55,265 nucleotides of DNA from Acidobacteriota bacterium (lineage in GTDB: Bacteria; Acidobacteriota; Thermoanaerobaculia; Gp7-AA8). Below, piece after piece: positions 21,101 through 30,272 of the stretch (its first letter is position 1; each line of letters begins with the position of its first letter). The stretch is taken from NCBI GenBank assembly GCA_025463165.1, contig JAOBAU010000027.1, positions 1 through 55,265 on the forward strand, in the 5' to 3' direction. The notes under the pieces were generated by a model. It did no database searches, had not been told where the DNA came from, and was given only the letters and a program-made list of their open reading frames with translations. Position numbers and translations under genes: made by a program.

Positions 21101-21606
21101 TCGGCTTCGAGATGTACACGCGCCTGCTTGACGAAGCGATCCGCGAAATGAAAGGCGAGCGCGTCGAGGAAGAGGTCGAGACCTCGATGAACCTCGGCGT
21201 CGACATCTACATCCCGAAGAACTACATCACCGATGAAAACCTGCGCATGACCTTCTACAAGAAGATCGCCTCCGCGCAGACCGATCAGCGGCTCGAAGAC
21301 ATCCGCAACGAGCTCCGCGACCGTTTCGGCGCGCTCCCGCCGAACATCGAGAACCTCCTCCACTTCGTGAAAGTGAAGCGGATGGCGCAACAGCTCGGCG
21401 TCATCTCGATCGTGCGCGAAGGCGCGCGCGGCGTCGTCAAACTGACGCCCGCCGCGAAAGTCGATCCGACCAAACTGCTCGGCCTCATCGAACAGAACAA
21501 CCAGGTGAAGTTCTCACCGAACGGCGTGCTCTCATTCCCGCTCAAAGAGCACGGACCGGCCGTGATCGATGCGATCGAAGAGCTGTTGAAGACGATTGCA
21601 GCCTGA
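18154..21606 (+). CDS. mfd: Transcription-repair coupling factor
   Basis: 1150 aa. UvrB-homology N-terminus. Helicase motifs LCGDVGYGKTEVA and LLIIDEEQRFGV. TRCF C-terminal domain. Confidence 0.95.
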   Translation: MDRNDLLLKSLRAELARSPSFKRVRFEESGRVEVTGASFEARALLLATLQEQTGKRIAIITPGDAALDDFEQALRHFHHDPRCVSAYPARALSPYQDVSPSLGVVRDEIRALGMLVDRAAEILIIPARALFARLPSAQTFASRILRIEEGAELDMRELLVTLVENGFVRTDLVGESGEFAFRGGILDLFPPNTARPVRVELFGDTVESLRCFDVETQRSDDPSGAVTVYPMTQFAITKEARSAIARRLSLDFNDPIYKRELADKIERLSENGTFPGVEHYVPVALETVSLFDYLDGWELVLIEPDQVTTTIARYESLLRNEYEAASEKGRPVYPPERVVTAGLDVFAKLDASRISMSEVYVASKAANVTELRLHAATTDRYTNRLSEFADEVKRRRTDGKRQVLFTSTKGGQEKVERLLKEFDVAFVDDAKKLGGDIVIAPGHLARGFTFDELNLIAWSEWDLFEPPTSTRLGGKKKKTDAFVTDLRDLKAGDYIVHLDHGVGRFVGLQRISFGDNEREVMELEYSNGGKLLMPMENLNLIQKYSGGGEESKPQLDKLGGTTWARKKASVKKAMKDMADELLKLYATRQMVHGHSFSKDSPWQFEFEDAFEFDETEDQNSAIDDIKADMESRKPMDRLLCGDVGYGKTEVAMRAAFKSVMDGKQVAVLAPTTVLAYQHYRTFLRRFASFPVTIDLLTRYYSAKEQKAIKDKLATGEIDVIVGTHRVLSKDIDFKDIGLLIIDEEQRFGVAQKEKLKQMKKAIDVLAMSATPIPRTLHMSLVGIRDISVIETPPKDRLAIQTAVVPFNDEFIREAIEFEIGRGGQVFFVHNRVESIYQIKEYLEKLIPGLRCIVGHGQMDERELERAMLAFINREFDVLIATTIIENGIDIPACNTILINHAERFGLSQLYQLRGRVGRSDRLAFCYLLVPSDRVLTGDARKRLSAIQEFSDLGAGFRIAARDLEIRGAGNLLGGEQSGEIAAVGFEMYTRLLDEAIREMKGERVEEEVETSMNLGVDIYIPKNYITDENLRMTFYKKIASAQTDQRLEDIRNELRDRFGALPPNIENLLHFVKVKRMAQQLGVISIVREGARGVVKLTPAAKVDPTKLLGLIEQNNQVKFSPNGVLSFPLKEHGPAVIDAIEELLKTIAA

Positions 21607-21695
21607 CAGGCGCGCATTCGTTCTGCACCCACGATCCGCCGCGAAGCCGCTCGCCGACGCTGTGCGAACCAACGCAGCCGGTCGTACCGGCCCGG

Positions 21696-23189
21696 CTAGT
21701 GGATGTAGCCGAGTGAGCGCAGCCGTTTCTCCGCTTCGGAGCTCGTCCGTTCGCGTTCGTCCGGCGTCGTTCGCGGCGCCTTCGGTACGACGGCCGTCAC
21801 GCGATAAACCGGCCTGCGATCGCCGAGCTCCGCGATCAGCGAGCGGCCGATGTTCGTCGGCAGCGTCATCTTCGTGATCCCTTCCCAGTCGACGCCGACG
21901 ATGTCGTAGATGGTCGGTGCGATCGCGGCCACGGTCACCGGCGTCTTCACGGTTTTCGGCGTGTAGCCGAACGAGCGCGGGAAGACGACCAGCAGCGGCA
22001 CGTGAAGCGTCGACTCTCGCTCACCCATGTTGTTGAACGAGTGCGAAATGAGGTGATCTTCGCCGAGCGACTCGCCATGGTCGGCGGTGATGATCACGAC
22101 GGTCGAATCGAGCACACCGCGATCGGCGAGCACTTTGAAGACGCCCGCGAGAAACTGATCGAGCGCGCGTACTTCATACAGGTAACGATTGCGATAGATC
22201 GCGATCTCATCCGCGTTCAGGTCGAACGTCGTACTCCAGACACGGCCCCACGTCTTCTTCAGCGTTTCGGTGACGAGCTCGCGGTGCTCGGCATCGGCGA
22301 TCTTCGACGGATCCTGCAGTTCCGGATCCCAGATCCCTTTCCGATTGCGCAGATCGGCGTCGAAACCGGTGTGGTTCCAGCGGCGCTCTTCTTTCGCCGG
22401 ATTGTACGAGCGCGGATCGGGCAGATAGGGATCGTGCGCGTCGATGACGTTGAGGAACGCGAAGAACGGACGCTTGCCCGGCTTCACCTGGCGATCGAAT
22501 TTCTCGAGGACTTTCTCCCACGGAGTGGAGACCATCACGCGATTGAAATCATCTTTCGCGGCGCCGTAGTGATCGAGCAGCGCGTCGGCCTTCTTCAGTG
22601 TCGCGTCTTTCGCCGCACCGTCGAGCGCCGTGTACTCATCGTAAAGACACGAGTACTGATCGAACGCGTTCAGATAGATGTTCGTCTTCAGCGAGAGGTT
22701 GCCATTCGCGGCAATGCCGAACGTGCGATAGCCGAGCTGGGCGAGCTGATACGGGACCGACGTCTCTTTCGCGTCGAGCGGCGCCGCGCCCCATCCGCCG
22801 TAGAAGCCGGTCATCATCGAGAAATGCGCCGGCGGCGTCGAGTCGAACGTCGTGTAGGCGTTCTCGAACGTCGTTCCTTCTTTCGCGAGCTTCGAGAGGA
22901 ACGGCATCGGATTGGAGCCGCCGAGCGGCGTGGCGTCGGCGCGCACCGTATCGAGCGTGATCAGGATGATGTTCGGCCGCGCTGGCGGCACGAGCTCCGT
23001 CCTGACGACGGTCGGCGAGGCCGGAGCGGGAGCCGGAGTCGCGGTCAGCGAAGCAAGCTCGGCCCTTGCGCGACGTGAAAGAGCCGGCGCGGGCCGCGAG
23101 GAGGGGACGACGGTTTCTCTCCCGCAGGAAAAAACAGACAGTGGGAGAACGGCGGTTATGAGGGAACTGCGAACTGCTTTGGAAAACAT
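21696..23189 (-). CDS. Sulfatase-like hydrolase/transferase (alkaline phosphatase superfamily), lipoprotein
   Basis: Start MFSKAVRSSLITAVLPLSVFSC at 23189. Core motifs are NIILITLDTVRAD and ITADHGE. Confidence 0.85.
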   Translation of the reverse strand: MFSKAVRSSLITAVLPLSVFSCGRETVVPSSRPAPALSRRARAELASLTATPAPAPASPTVVRTELVPPARPNIILITLDTVRADATPLGGSNPMPFLSKLAKEGTTFENAYTTFDSTPPAHFSMMTGFYGGWGAAPLDAKETSVPYQLAQLGYRTFGIAANGNLSLKTNIYLNAFDQYSCLYDEYTALDGAAKDATLKKADALLDHYGAAKDDFNRVMVSTPWEKVLEKFDRQVKPGKRPFFAFLNVIDAHDPYLPDPRSYNPAKEERRWNHTGFDADLRNRKGIWDPELQDPSKIADAEHRELVTETLKKTWGRVWSTTFDLNADEIAIYRNRYLYEVRALDQFLAGVFKVLADRGVLDSTVVIITADHGESLGEDHLISHSFNNMGERESTLHVPLLVVFPRSFGYTPKTVKTPVTVAAIAPTIYDIVGVDWEGITKMTLPTNIGRSLIAELGDRRPVYRVTAVVPKAPRTTPDERERTSSEAEKRLRSLGYIH

Positions 23190-23334
23190 CACGTGAATTC
23201 GGAATCCTTTTTCGCGGTCGTACGTCGATGTGACGAACGAGCCCTGATTTTCGTTTACTCTCGGAAACAGAAGCGTTTGTGAAGCCGTCGATTGACTGCT
23301 CGCCGCCGGCGCTATACTTCTCGGCAGCTGCTGC

Positions 23335-24231
23335 ATGCGCTTCCGCCTCCTCCTCGCACTCCTCGCCCTTGCCGTCATCGCTGCCGCCTGTCACCGCAAG
23401 CCTGCGATACCGCCCGACGTCGTCGTTCGCATCGGCGAACGGATGATCACGCTCGCTGACCTGAAACGTTACCTGGAGCGCAATGCAGGAACCGAGCTAG
23501 CCCAGCTCACGCCCGAGGTTGCGAGCGCGCTTCTGGATCAATATGTGGAAGAGGTCGTGCTGTCCGAATACGCCGCGACACACGGCGTCGAAGTGCCCGC
23601 CGACAAAATCGCGACCGCGGTCCGGACTGATGCCGGCGCGACCGTCGTCGAGAAACGCGACGAGATGCGCCGCGCAAAACTCGTGGCCGACGTCTCGGCC
23701 GACGTCCAGCAGCCGACTGACGACGACATCCGCTCGTACTACGAGCAACATCCGGACGAATTCAAATCGCCCGAAGAAGTGCGGGTGCGGCAAATCCTCG
23801 TACACGACGAAGAGCTCGCGAACGACATTGAGAAAAAACTGAAAGCCGGTGAAGCATTCGAAACGCTCTCCAGCGAACACTCCGTGGCGGCAAATGCGAA
23901 GAAGGGCGGCGAAATCGGCTATCTCAGCCGCGGCGAGCTGCCGAAAATGTTCGAGGAAGAGATCTTCGCGCTCAAACCGGGTGCGATCAGCAATGTCATC
24001 CGCACCGACGGCGGCTTCCACATCTTCAAGGTCGATGAACGCCGCGCCGCCGGAACGATCGATCTGCAAACGGCCGAGCCGGTCATCCGCGAACGGCTGA
24101 AAGAAGAGTCGGTCCGCCGCAAAATGGCCCAGCTCGTTGCGAAGAGCCGTGGCGACATGCAGATCGCCGTCCTCACCAAACGGCTGCCGTTCCGCTATTC
24201 AGGGACGCTGCCGAAGTCCGACAACGAATAA
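23335..24231 (+). CDS. Peptidyl-prolyl cis-trans isomerase, PpiC/parvulin type (PrsA/SurA-like), lipoprotein
   Basis: Lipobox VIAAAC. Parvulin domain: VRVRQILV...GGEIGYLSRGELPKMFEEEIFALKPG...GGFHIFKV. Confidence 0.85.
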   Translation: MRFRLLLALLALAVIAAACHRKPAIPPDVVVRIGERMITLADLKRYLERNAGTELAQLTPEVASALLDQYVEEVVLSEYAATHGVEVPADKIATAVRTDAGATVVEKRDEMRRAKLVADVSADVQQPTDDDIRSYYEQHPDEFKSPEEVRVRQILVHDEELANDIEKKLKAGEAFETLSSEHSVAANAKKGGEIGYLSRGELPKMFEEEIFALKPGAISNVIRTDGGFHIFKVDERRAAGTIDLQTAEPVIRERLKEESVRRKMAQLVAKSRGDMQIAVLTKRLPFRYSGTLPKSDNE

Positions 24232-24282
24232 AGTGCCGCGGAACTTGTTGAGGTCCCGGTACGTCAGAACGAGCACGCAATT

Positions 24283-25260
24283 ATGAAAAAACTATTCATC
24301 CTCACGATCCTCAGCCTCACGGCGGCGTCGCTTTCCGCGGCCCAGCTCGTCGAGGCGATCGTCGTCCGCGTCGGCGACCGCATCATTACCCGCAGCCAGT
24401 ACGACAAACGTCTGCGCGACGGCATGAACGAGATCGAGCAGACCGTCGCTCCGGCGCAACAGGCCGCGAAGCGCGAAGAGATGCGCAAGAGCCTGCTCAA
24501 CGATCTGATCAGCGAGCTGCTCATCAAAGATCGCGCTGACCGCCTCGGCATCTCCGTCTCGCCCGACGAAGTCAAAGAAGGCATCGCCCGCCTCAAGCAG
24601 CAGTACAACATCAGCACCGACTCGGCGTTCGAAGAGTCGCTGAAGAAATCCGGCATGACCCGCGCCGATATGGAAGCGCGTCTCCGCGACACGCTCCTGA
24701 CGAACAAGGTCTTCGGCCGCGAGCTCCGGAACCGCGACGAGATGACCGACAAAGAGCTTCGCGAGCGCTACGACCGCGAGAAAGAACGCTATCGCCTTCC
24801 CGAGCGCGCGCGTCTCCGCGAGATCATCGTGATCCGTCCCGATGATTCGTCGGCCGTCGACAAAGCGCGTCTGCACGCCGACGAGATCGCGGCGCAGGTT
24901 CGCGCCCCCGGCGCCGACTTCGCGAAGATCGCCACGACCACCAGCGAAGTTTCGACCAAAGAAAAAGGTGGCGACCTCGGCGAAGTTGCACGCGGCGAGC
25001 TGCTCCCCGACCTCGACAAAGCGGTTTTCGGCAGCGCCGCCGGCGCGGTGCTCGGCCCGATCGCGACGAAGTCCGGCTGGCACATCCTGAAAGTCGAGCA
25101 GCGCCTGCCGTCGGAGCTGCCAGCGTTCGAGTCGGTCAAAGACCGCCTCCGCCACGACGCCAGCGAAGAGACGTTCCAGCGCGATTACAAGGCGTACATC
25201 GATCGCCTGCGCGCCGAAGCATTCATCCAGATCAACGAGAAGAACGTTCCGGCCAGCTGA
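24283..25260 (+). CDS. SurA-like chaperone / parvulin-type PPIase
   Basis: Signal peptide MKKLFILTILSLTAASLSA. SurA N-terminal-like helical region. Parvulin domain: RLREIIV...GGDLGEVARGEL...SGWHILKV. Confidence 0.85.
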   Translation: MKKLFILTILSLTAASLSAAQLVEAIVVRVGDRIITRSQYDKRLRDGMNEIEQTVAPAQQAAKREEMRKSLLNDLISELLIKDRADRLGISVSPDEVKEGIARLKQQYNISTDSAFEESLKKSGMTRADMEARLRDTLLTNKVFGRELRNRDEMTDKELRERYDREKERYRLPERARLREIIVIRPDDSSAVDKARLHADEIAAQVRAPGADFAKIATTTSEVSTKEKGGDLGEVARGELLPDLDKAVFGSAAGAVLGPIATKSGWHILKVEQRLPSELPAFESVKDRLRHDASEETFQRDYKAYIDRLRAEAFIQINEKNVPAS

Positions 25261-25266
25261 CCGATC

Positions 25267-25292
25267 ATCCTCTCCCGTTCGCGGGAGAGGAT
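25267..25292 (+). terminator. Stem-loop after the SurA-like gene (11-bp stem, TTCG loop)
   Basis: ATCCTCTCCCG-TTCG-CGGGAGAGGAT begins 7 nt after the stop at 25260. It is followed by TCCACCCTTTG, which is a weak U-tract. Confidence 0.45.
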
Positions 25293-25403
25293 TCCACCCT
25301 TTGTAGCGCGACAGGCCGCTTTGGCCTCCCTCGGAATCGCGCCGCACCTCCTTCCCTGTAGAGTTAGTCGCTCATCGAAACCGGCGGACGTAACCTCGTC
25401 GGC

Positions 25404-26129
25404 ATGAGCACTCTCGCCGAAGCAATCGAAGCCATCCGTCGCATTCGTCCGCGCCGCGTCGTCGTTTTCACCGGCGCCGGCGTCTCCGCCGAAAGCGGCA
25501 TCCCGACCTTTCGCGGCGCCGGCGGTTTATGGCGCGACTTCCGCGCCGAAGATCTCGCCACGCCCGACGCATTCGCGCGCGATCCGCTCCTCGTCTGGCA
25601 GTGGTACGAGTGGCGCCGCACACTGATTCGCGATGCGCAGCCGAATGCCGCACATCGCGCGGTCGCTCGTCTGCCCGATGCCGTCGTCGTCACGCAGAAC
25701 GTCGATGGACTGCACGCGCGCGGCGGCGCACGCGACGTGATCGAGTTGCACGGAAGCATCGTTCGCGTTCGCTGCGTTCGCTGCGGCCGCGAACGTGAAG
25801 CGTTCGAAGCGTTCGAGTCGCTGCCGCCGCATTGCGAGTGCGGCGCACTGCTCCGGCCCGGCGTCGTCTGGTTCGGCGAGATGCTGCCGCCGTATGCGCT
25901 CGAGCGCGCCGCGGAAGAGATTCGCAACGCCGATCTGCTGCTCGTCATCGGCACCTCCGGCGTCGTGCAGCCGGCCGCCGGTCTCGTCGCGCTGCATCGA
26001 CGTCTGTCCATCGAAATCAATCCCGAAGCGAGTGCGCTCAGCTCCGCCTGCACGCTCGCGATTCCGGCCACGGCCGCCGAAGCAACGCCGGCGATCGTCG
26101 ACGCGATCCTGGAGGGACGCGATGCGTGA
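25404..26129 (+). CDS. cobB: NAD-dependent protein deacylase (Sir2 family)
   Basis: Motifs FTGAGVSAESGIPTFRG and QNVDGLH. Zn ribbon is CVRCG...CECG. Confidence 0.9.
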   Translation: MSTLAEAIEAIRRIRPRRVVVFTGAGVSAESGIPTFRGAGGLWRDFRAEDLATPDAFARDPLLVWQWYEWRRTLIRDAQPNAAHRAVARLPDAVVVTQNVDGLHARGGARDVIELHGSIVRVRCVRCGREREAFEAFESLPPHCECGALLRPGVVWFGEMLPPYALERAAEEIRNADLLLVIGTSGVVQPAAGLVALHRRLSIEINPEASALSSACTLAIPATAAEATPAIVDAILEGRDA

Positions 26130-26796
26130 GCTGATCTGCGATCTTCCGGTCGACGAACGTCCGCGCGAAAGGCTGCTGCGTCACGGCGCCGACACGCTCT
26201 CCGATGCAGAGCTCATCGCCATCCTCCTCGGCTCCGGCGTGCCGGGCCGTAACGCGATTCAGGTCGCGCGCGAGCTCGTCGCGGGGGACTTTCACGGACT
26301 CGCCACGCGCGAACCGACGCAACTCGCCTCGGTCAGCGGCGTCGGCGATGCGAAAGCGGCGCGCGTCGTGGCGGCGTTCGAAGTGGCGCGGCGTTTCGCA
26401 AACCCGCGGCGCGAGCCGGAACAGCCGGTCCTCGACATCGTCGACTTCGGCGGCAAGCTCGTCACCCGCTGCGCGCATTACCGGCAGGAGCGGCTCGGCG
26501 CCGCGTTTCTCGACTCGCGCGGACGACTCATTCGCGAGCGCGAGATCTTCGTCGGCAGCATCACCAGCTGCGTCGTTTCCAAACGCGAAGTGATCACGAT
26601 GGCGATCGAGGAACGGGCGGTGAAGGTGATCGTCTTTCACAATCACCCGAGCGGCGATTCACGGCCGTCGGCGGAAGACATCCAGTTCACGCGGCATCTC
26701 AGCAGCGCATTCGACGCGATCGAAGTCGAGCTCGTCGATCACCTGGTGATCGGCCGCAACGGCTTCGAGTCGATGTTCGAGAAAAGGATGTACTGA
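26122..26796 (+). CDS. radC: RadC-like JAB domain protein
   Basis: Start MRELICDLPVDERPRERL at 26122 (8-nt overlap with cobB). HhH region SVSGVGDAKAARV. JAMM motif HNHPSGD. Confidence 0.9.
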   Translation: MRELICDLPVDERPRERLLRHGADTLSDAELIAILLGSGVPGRNAIQVARELVAGDFHGLATREPTQLASVSGVGDAKAARVVAAFEVARRFANPRREPEQPVLDIVDFGGKLVTRCAHYRQERLGAAFLDSRGRLIREREIFVGSITSCVVSKREVITMAIEERAVKVIVFHNHPSGDSRPSAEDIQFTRHLSSAFDAIEVELVDHLVIGRNGFESMFEKRMY

Positions 26797-26868
26797 CGGG
26801 CTCGGTGTGTGCGCGGTCACAGCGTTTTGGTTCCGGCGGTTCGAACCTGCTGGACAGAGGAAGTCAGA

Positions 26869-27582
26869 ATGAATCGGTCAGTTGCTGTCGCTGTGTTGTC
26901 GACTGTTTTCGTGTCCCATCTCTGCGTCGCCGCCACGACTGCCGGCAAACGAGAGCAGCTTGCGACGCAGAGTCGCGAGCGAATCACCACGATCGCAAGA
27001 ACGCTTACGATCGTGAACTGGGTCGGCCGCGTCAACGAAGTGCTGGCGCAAACACCTTCCGCAAAAACGCTCGGCGCGAAGTGGAATCCGCAAAATCCGA
27101 GCTGGGACAAAGCGTTCGACGAGATGCTCAGCGCCGTGATGAACCGGTTCGACGAACTGCACGACGCGCCCGAAGCGATTCAGCGGCTGTCGATGCCGTT
27201 CCAGTCCAATCTGACCGAAGCGGAGGCAGCCGAGGTTCTCGCGCTGAGTGCCGAGGAGCGGAAACAGCTCGACGATTACGCGGACACGATGACGCTCGCG
27301 GTCAATCTCATGTCACATCGCGAGGATCTGAAAGTCGGTTCGCCGGAATATCAGGCGAGTCTCGAGCGACTGACGCACATGGCGAAACTGCCGACAATCA
27401 AAGACATCCCGAAGCTGAAGCTGCCGGCGAAGACGGTCGACGATTACCGGCAGGCGCGCATGTCGAGCGTCGATTTCTACGAGACCGCGATGCGCGGTCA
27501 GCTGGAGCTCTATTTCTTCGATCATCACGAAGCGATGACGAAGATCGCGAGCAAAGCAGCTCGCGCGGCCGCGGCGAAATGA
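26869..27582 (+). CDS. Secreted hypothetical protein
   Basis: Start MNRSVAVAVLSTVFVSHLCVA at 26869, preceded by GAGGAAG. The mature part looks helical. I recognise no family. Confidence 0.6.
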   Translation: MNRSVAVAVLSTVFVSHLCVAATTAGKREQLATQSRERITTIARTLTIVNWVGRVNEVLAQTPSAKTLGAKWNPQNPSWDKAFDEMLSAVMNRFDELHDAPEAIQRLSMPFQSNLTEAEAAEVLALSAEERKQLDDYADTMTLAVNLMSHREDLKVGSPEYQASLERLTHMAKLPTIKDIPKLKLPAKTVDDYRQARMSSVDFYETAMRGQLELYFFDHHEAMTKIASKAARAAAAK

Positions 27583-27743
27583 CGGTCGGCCGGCGCACCT
27601 CAGCTCCCACAATGAAAAATGAAAAGTGAGCGAATATCCAGGCGGTGGGAGTGGCGAAGCCCCGTCCAACGACACCGACTCACACATCACGCAGCGACGC
27701 GGCGCGCGGTGCAACCGTTCGCGCAGGTGAACCGGGTCGCGCG

Positions 27744-28718
27744 TCAGCCGGCCGCGACCGCTGCGAGCTTCCGTGCAGCCGCGGCTCGCTCCGGATAGAC
27801 CGGCGTCAGCCAGCCGTAGCGATCGGGAACTTCGCCGCCGATGTACGCGAAGTACTCGCGCTGGATGTGCTCGGTGATCGGACCGCGACGTCCGTTGCCG
27901 ACCGTGACGCGATCGATGGTGCGGACCGGCGTGACTTCCGCGGCCGTGCCGGTGAAGAAAACCTCGTCGACGATGTAGAGCATCTCGCGCGGAATGAGCG
28001 TCTCGATCACTTCGTAGCCGAGGTCGCGGCCGATGCGAATGATCGAATCGCGTGTAATGCCGGCGAGGACCGACGCGCCGAGCGGCGGCGTATAGATCTT
28101 GCCGTCGCGCACGAGGAAGATGTTCTCGCCCGAGCCTTCGCTCACGTAGCCGTTGACGTCGAGCGCGATTCCTTCCGCGTAACCGTCGGCCGCTGCTTCC
28201 ATCCGGATGAGGATCGAGTTCATGTAGTTCGCGGTCGCTTTCGCGAGCGCGGGGAAGGTGTTCGGTGCCATCCGATTCCATGAAGAGACGCGGACGTCGA
28301 CGCCGTGCTCGATCGCTTCGACGCCGAGGTATTTGCCCCACTGCCAGGCGGCAATCGTGACGTCGACCGGACAGGAAGCGGGATAAACGCCGAGCGAGTG
28401 AAAGCCGCGATAAACCAGCGGACGGAGATAGCAGTCTTCGAACTCGTTTGCGGCGACGACTTCGACGCACGCGGCCCTGAACTCTTCCTGCGAGAACGGC
28501 ACGTCCATCCGATAGATGCGGCACGAATCGTAAAGCCGCCGCGTGTGCTCGTTGAGCCGGAAGATCGCCGGTCCCTGGTTTTTCGTCACGTAGCAGCGGA
28601 TGCCTTCGAACAAGCCCGAGCCGTAGTGCAGCGCGTGCGTCAGCACGTGAATCTTGGCGTCGGCGAAGTCGACGAACTGTCCGTTCATCCAGATCTTTTT
28701 GACTTCTTCGAACGGCAT
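27744..28718 (-). CDS. ilvE: Branched-chain amino acid aminotransferase (class IV)
   Basis: MPFEEVKKIWMNGQFVDFADAKIHVLTHALHYGSGLFEGIRCY...EGSGENIFLV... is collinear with IlvE. Confidence 0.93.
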   Translation of the reverse strand: MPFEEVKKIWMNGQFVDFADAKIHVLTHALHYGSGLFEGIRCYVTKNQGPAIFRLNEHTRRLYDSCRIYRMDVPFSQEEFRAACVEVVAANEFEDCYLRPLVYRGFHSLGVYPASCPVDVTIAAWQWGKYLGVEAIEHGVDVRVSSWNRMAPNTFPALAKATANYMNSILIRMEAAADGYAEGIALDVNGYVSEGSGENIFLVRDGKIYTPPLGASVLAGITRDSIIRIGRDLGYEVIETLIPREMLYIVDEVFFTGTAAEVTPVRTIDRVTVGNGRRGPITEHIQREYFAYIGGEVPDRYGWLTPVYPERAAAARKLAAVAAG

Positions 28719-28839
28719 TGACGCCTCCTGAGTGCGTGCAGACCACGGCCCGTCATCCGGGACCGGAATTGCGCGGAGTATAGGTGCCGCTGTTTTGGCA
28801 AGTCAATGCTATAAACCTGCCACGAAAACGCGCCCGCCG

Positions 28840-29622
28840 ATGCCTTCTTCCTTCGTTACCAAAACCGTCGTCATCACCGGTGCTTCAAGCGGAATCGGCC
28901 GCGCGGCGGCGCTCGAATTCGCGAGGCGTGGCGCCGATCTCGTGCTCGCCGCCCGCCGCGCCGAACAGCTCGAGACCGTCGCCGCCGAATGCCGCGCGCT
29001 CGGCGCTCGCTGCAGCATCGTCGTCACCGACGTCACGAAGCGCGACGACTGCGTGCGCCTCGTCGAGAGCGCGCCGCAACTCGACGTCCTCGTGAACAAC
29101 GCCGGCTTCGCGGCGTTTGACGCCATCGAATCGGCAAAGCCTGACGAGCTCGAATCGATGATGCAGACGAACTTCTTCGGCATGGTCCGCTGCACGCAGG
29201 CCGCGCTTCCGCGGATGCTCGCGCGCGGCAGCGGCACGATCGTGAACGTCTCTTCGATCGCCGGAATCATGGGCTACGCCGGAATGGGCGGCTACTGTGC
29301 AACGAAGTTCGCGATGATCGGTTTCACCGAGGCGTTGCGAGATGAAGTGATCGGCAGAGGAGTGCGCGTGGCGATGGTTTGTCCCGGCACGACGGACACG
29401 GAGTTTTTCCTGCAGGCGGAGCGCGAAAAGATGCCCGGCGCGTCGCGGCTGATTCCTGCCGTGCGGCCGGAGACGATCGCGCGCGCAATCGCCGACGCGG
29501 CCGCGGACGGTCGTTATCGCCGCATCCTGCCGTTCGGCGCCGCCGCGTACATGCGATTCAAAGAGCTCTTCCCGCGCGCCGCGCATCTGTTCATGCGTCG
29601 CGTGTCAGCGTGGCTGGAGTGA
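28840..29622 (+). CDS. SDR family oxidoreductase
   Basis: Start MPSSFVTKTVVITGASSGIGRAAA at 28840. Catalytic YCATK. NNAG motif. Confidence 0.9.
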   Translation: MPSSFVTKTVVITGASSGIGRAAALEFARRGADLVLAARRAEQLETVAAECRALGARCSIVVTDVTKRDDCVRLVESAPQLDVLVNNAGFAAFDAIESAKPDELESMMQTNFFGMVRCTQAALPRMLARGSGTIVNVSSIAGIMGYAGMGGYCATKFAMIGFTEALRDEVIGRGVRVAMVCPGTTDTEFFLQAEREKMPGASRLIPAVRPETIARAIADAAADGRYRRILPFGAAAYMRFKELFPRAAHLFMRRVSAWLE

Positions 29623-30272
29623 TGATGTTTCAACCGCGCCGCGCACCGGCAACATGGACGATCCTGATCGGCATCACCATCGTCTTCGCCATCGAATACG
29701 TCACCGGCGCCGTGCCACGCGGCTTCAGTCTCGATTCGTCGATCCCTTCGATGATCCGCCTGATGAACATGGGCGCGATCGTCCCGAACATGCTCGCGAA
29801 CGGCGACTATCGCCGGCTGGTCGTCGCGATGTTCCTCCACGGCAACATCGTCCACTGGTTGACCAATTCGATCGCGCTGCTGCAACTCGGCGCGCTCTAC
29901 GAGGCGCTGTTCGGCGCTCCCCGTTTTCTCGGCATCTACTTCGCGACGGGCATCTGCGCCTCGCTGGCCAGCGCGTACTTTCAGCAGTCGCTTTCGGTCG
30001 GCGCGAGCGGCGCCATCTTCGGCATCCTCGGCGCGTTCATCTTTTCGATCCTTCGCTCGCCGCAATACCGGCATCAGCCGTGGACGAAAAGCCTCGTCCG
30101 CCAGCTCGTCTTCTGGATGGCCGTGAATCTCATCATCGGCTACTCGTTCCCGTTCATCGACAACGTCGCGCACATCGGCGGCATGGTCTCCGGCCTGCTG
30201 CTCGGGTTCCTGCCGCATCGGGTCCCGCCGCCCCCGCCCGCGAACGTCATCGTGAACGTCGACGTTGCGTGA
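29622..30272 (+). CDS. Rhomboid family intramembrane serine protease
   Basis: Start MMFQPRR overlaps the SDR stop (TGATG). Catalytic Ser in VGASGAIFGILGA and catalytic His in NVAHIGGMVSG. Confidence 0.85.
   Translation: MMFQPRRAPATWTILIGITIVFAIEYVTGAVPRGFSLDSSIPSMIRLMNMGAIVPNMLANGDYRRLVVAMFLHGNIVHWLTNSIALLQLGALYEALFGAPRFLGIYFATGICASLASAYFQQSLSVGASGAIFGILGAFIFSILRSPQYRHQPWTKSLVRQLVFWMAVNLIIGYSFPFIDNVAHIGGMVSGLLLGFLPHRVPPPPPANVIVNVDVA

Noticed and set aside
23292-23318. A sigma-70-like promoter (TTGACT ... TATACT) upstream of the first PPIase gene.
   Set aside because: The hexamers are good, but the spacer is only 15 nt by my count and the leader would be about 10 nt. It is plausible but too weak to report as a feature without TSS data.
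25404-26796. The adjacent Sir2-family and JAB (RadC) genes as a possible SIR2-based anti-phage defence pair.
   Set aside because: The Sir2 protein is a compact 241-aa CobB-type deacylase with the canonical NAD and Zn motifs and no effector or sensor fusion. RadC is the common housekeeping-type JAB protein. No other defence-like genes are nearby.
26826-26845. A GGTTCGAACC string resembling a tRNA T-loop, in the spacer before the secreted hypothetical protein.
   Set aside because: The flanking bases do not form a T-stem or an acceptor stem, so no cloverleaf can be drawn.
27604-27651. A 7-bp inverted repeat (CTCCCAC...GTGGGAG) around an AT-rich ATGAAAA ATGAAAA direct repeat, between the hypothetical gene and ilvE.
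   Set aside because: The stem is short and the loop is large (34 nt). There is no U-tract and no other copies in the window. It is most simply a weak bidirectional terminator region or chance.
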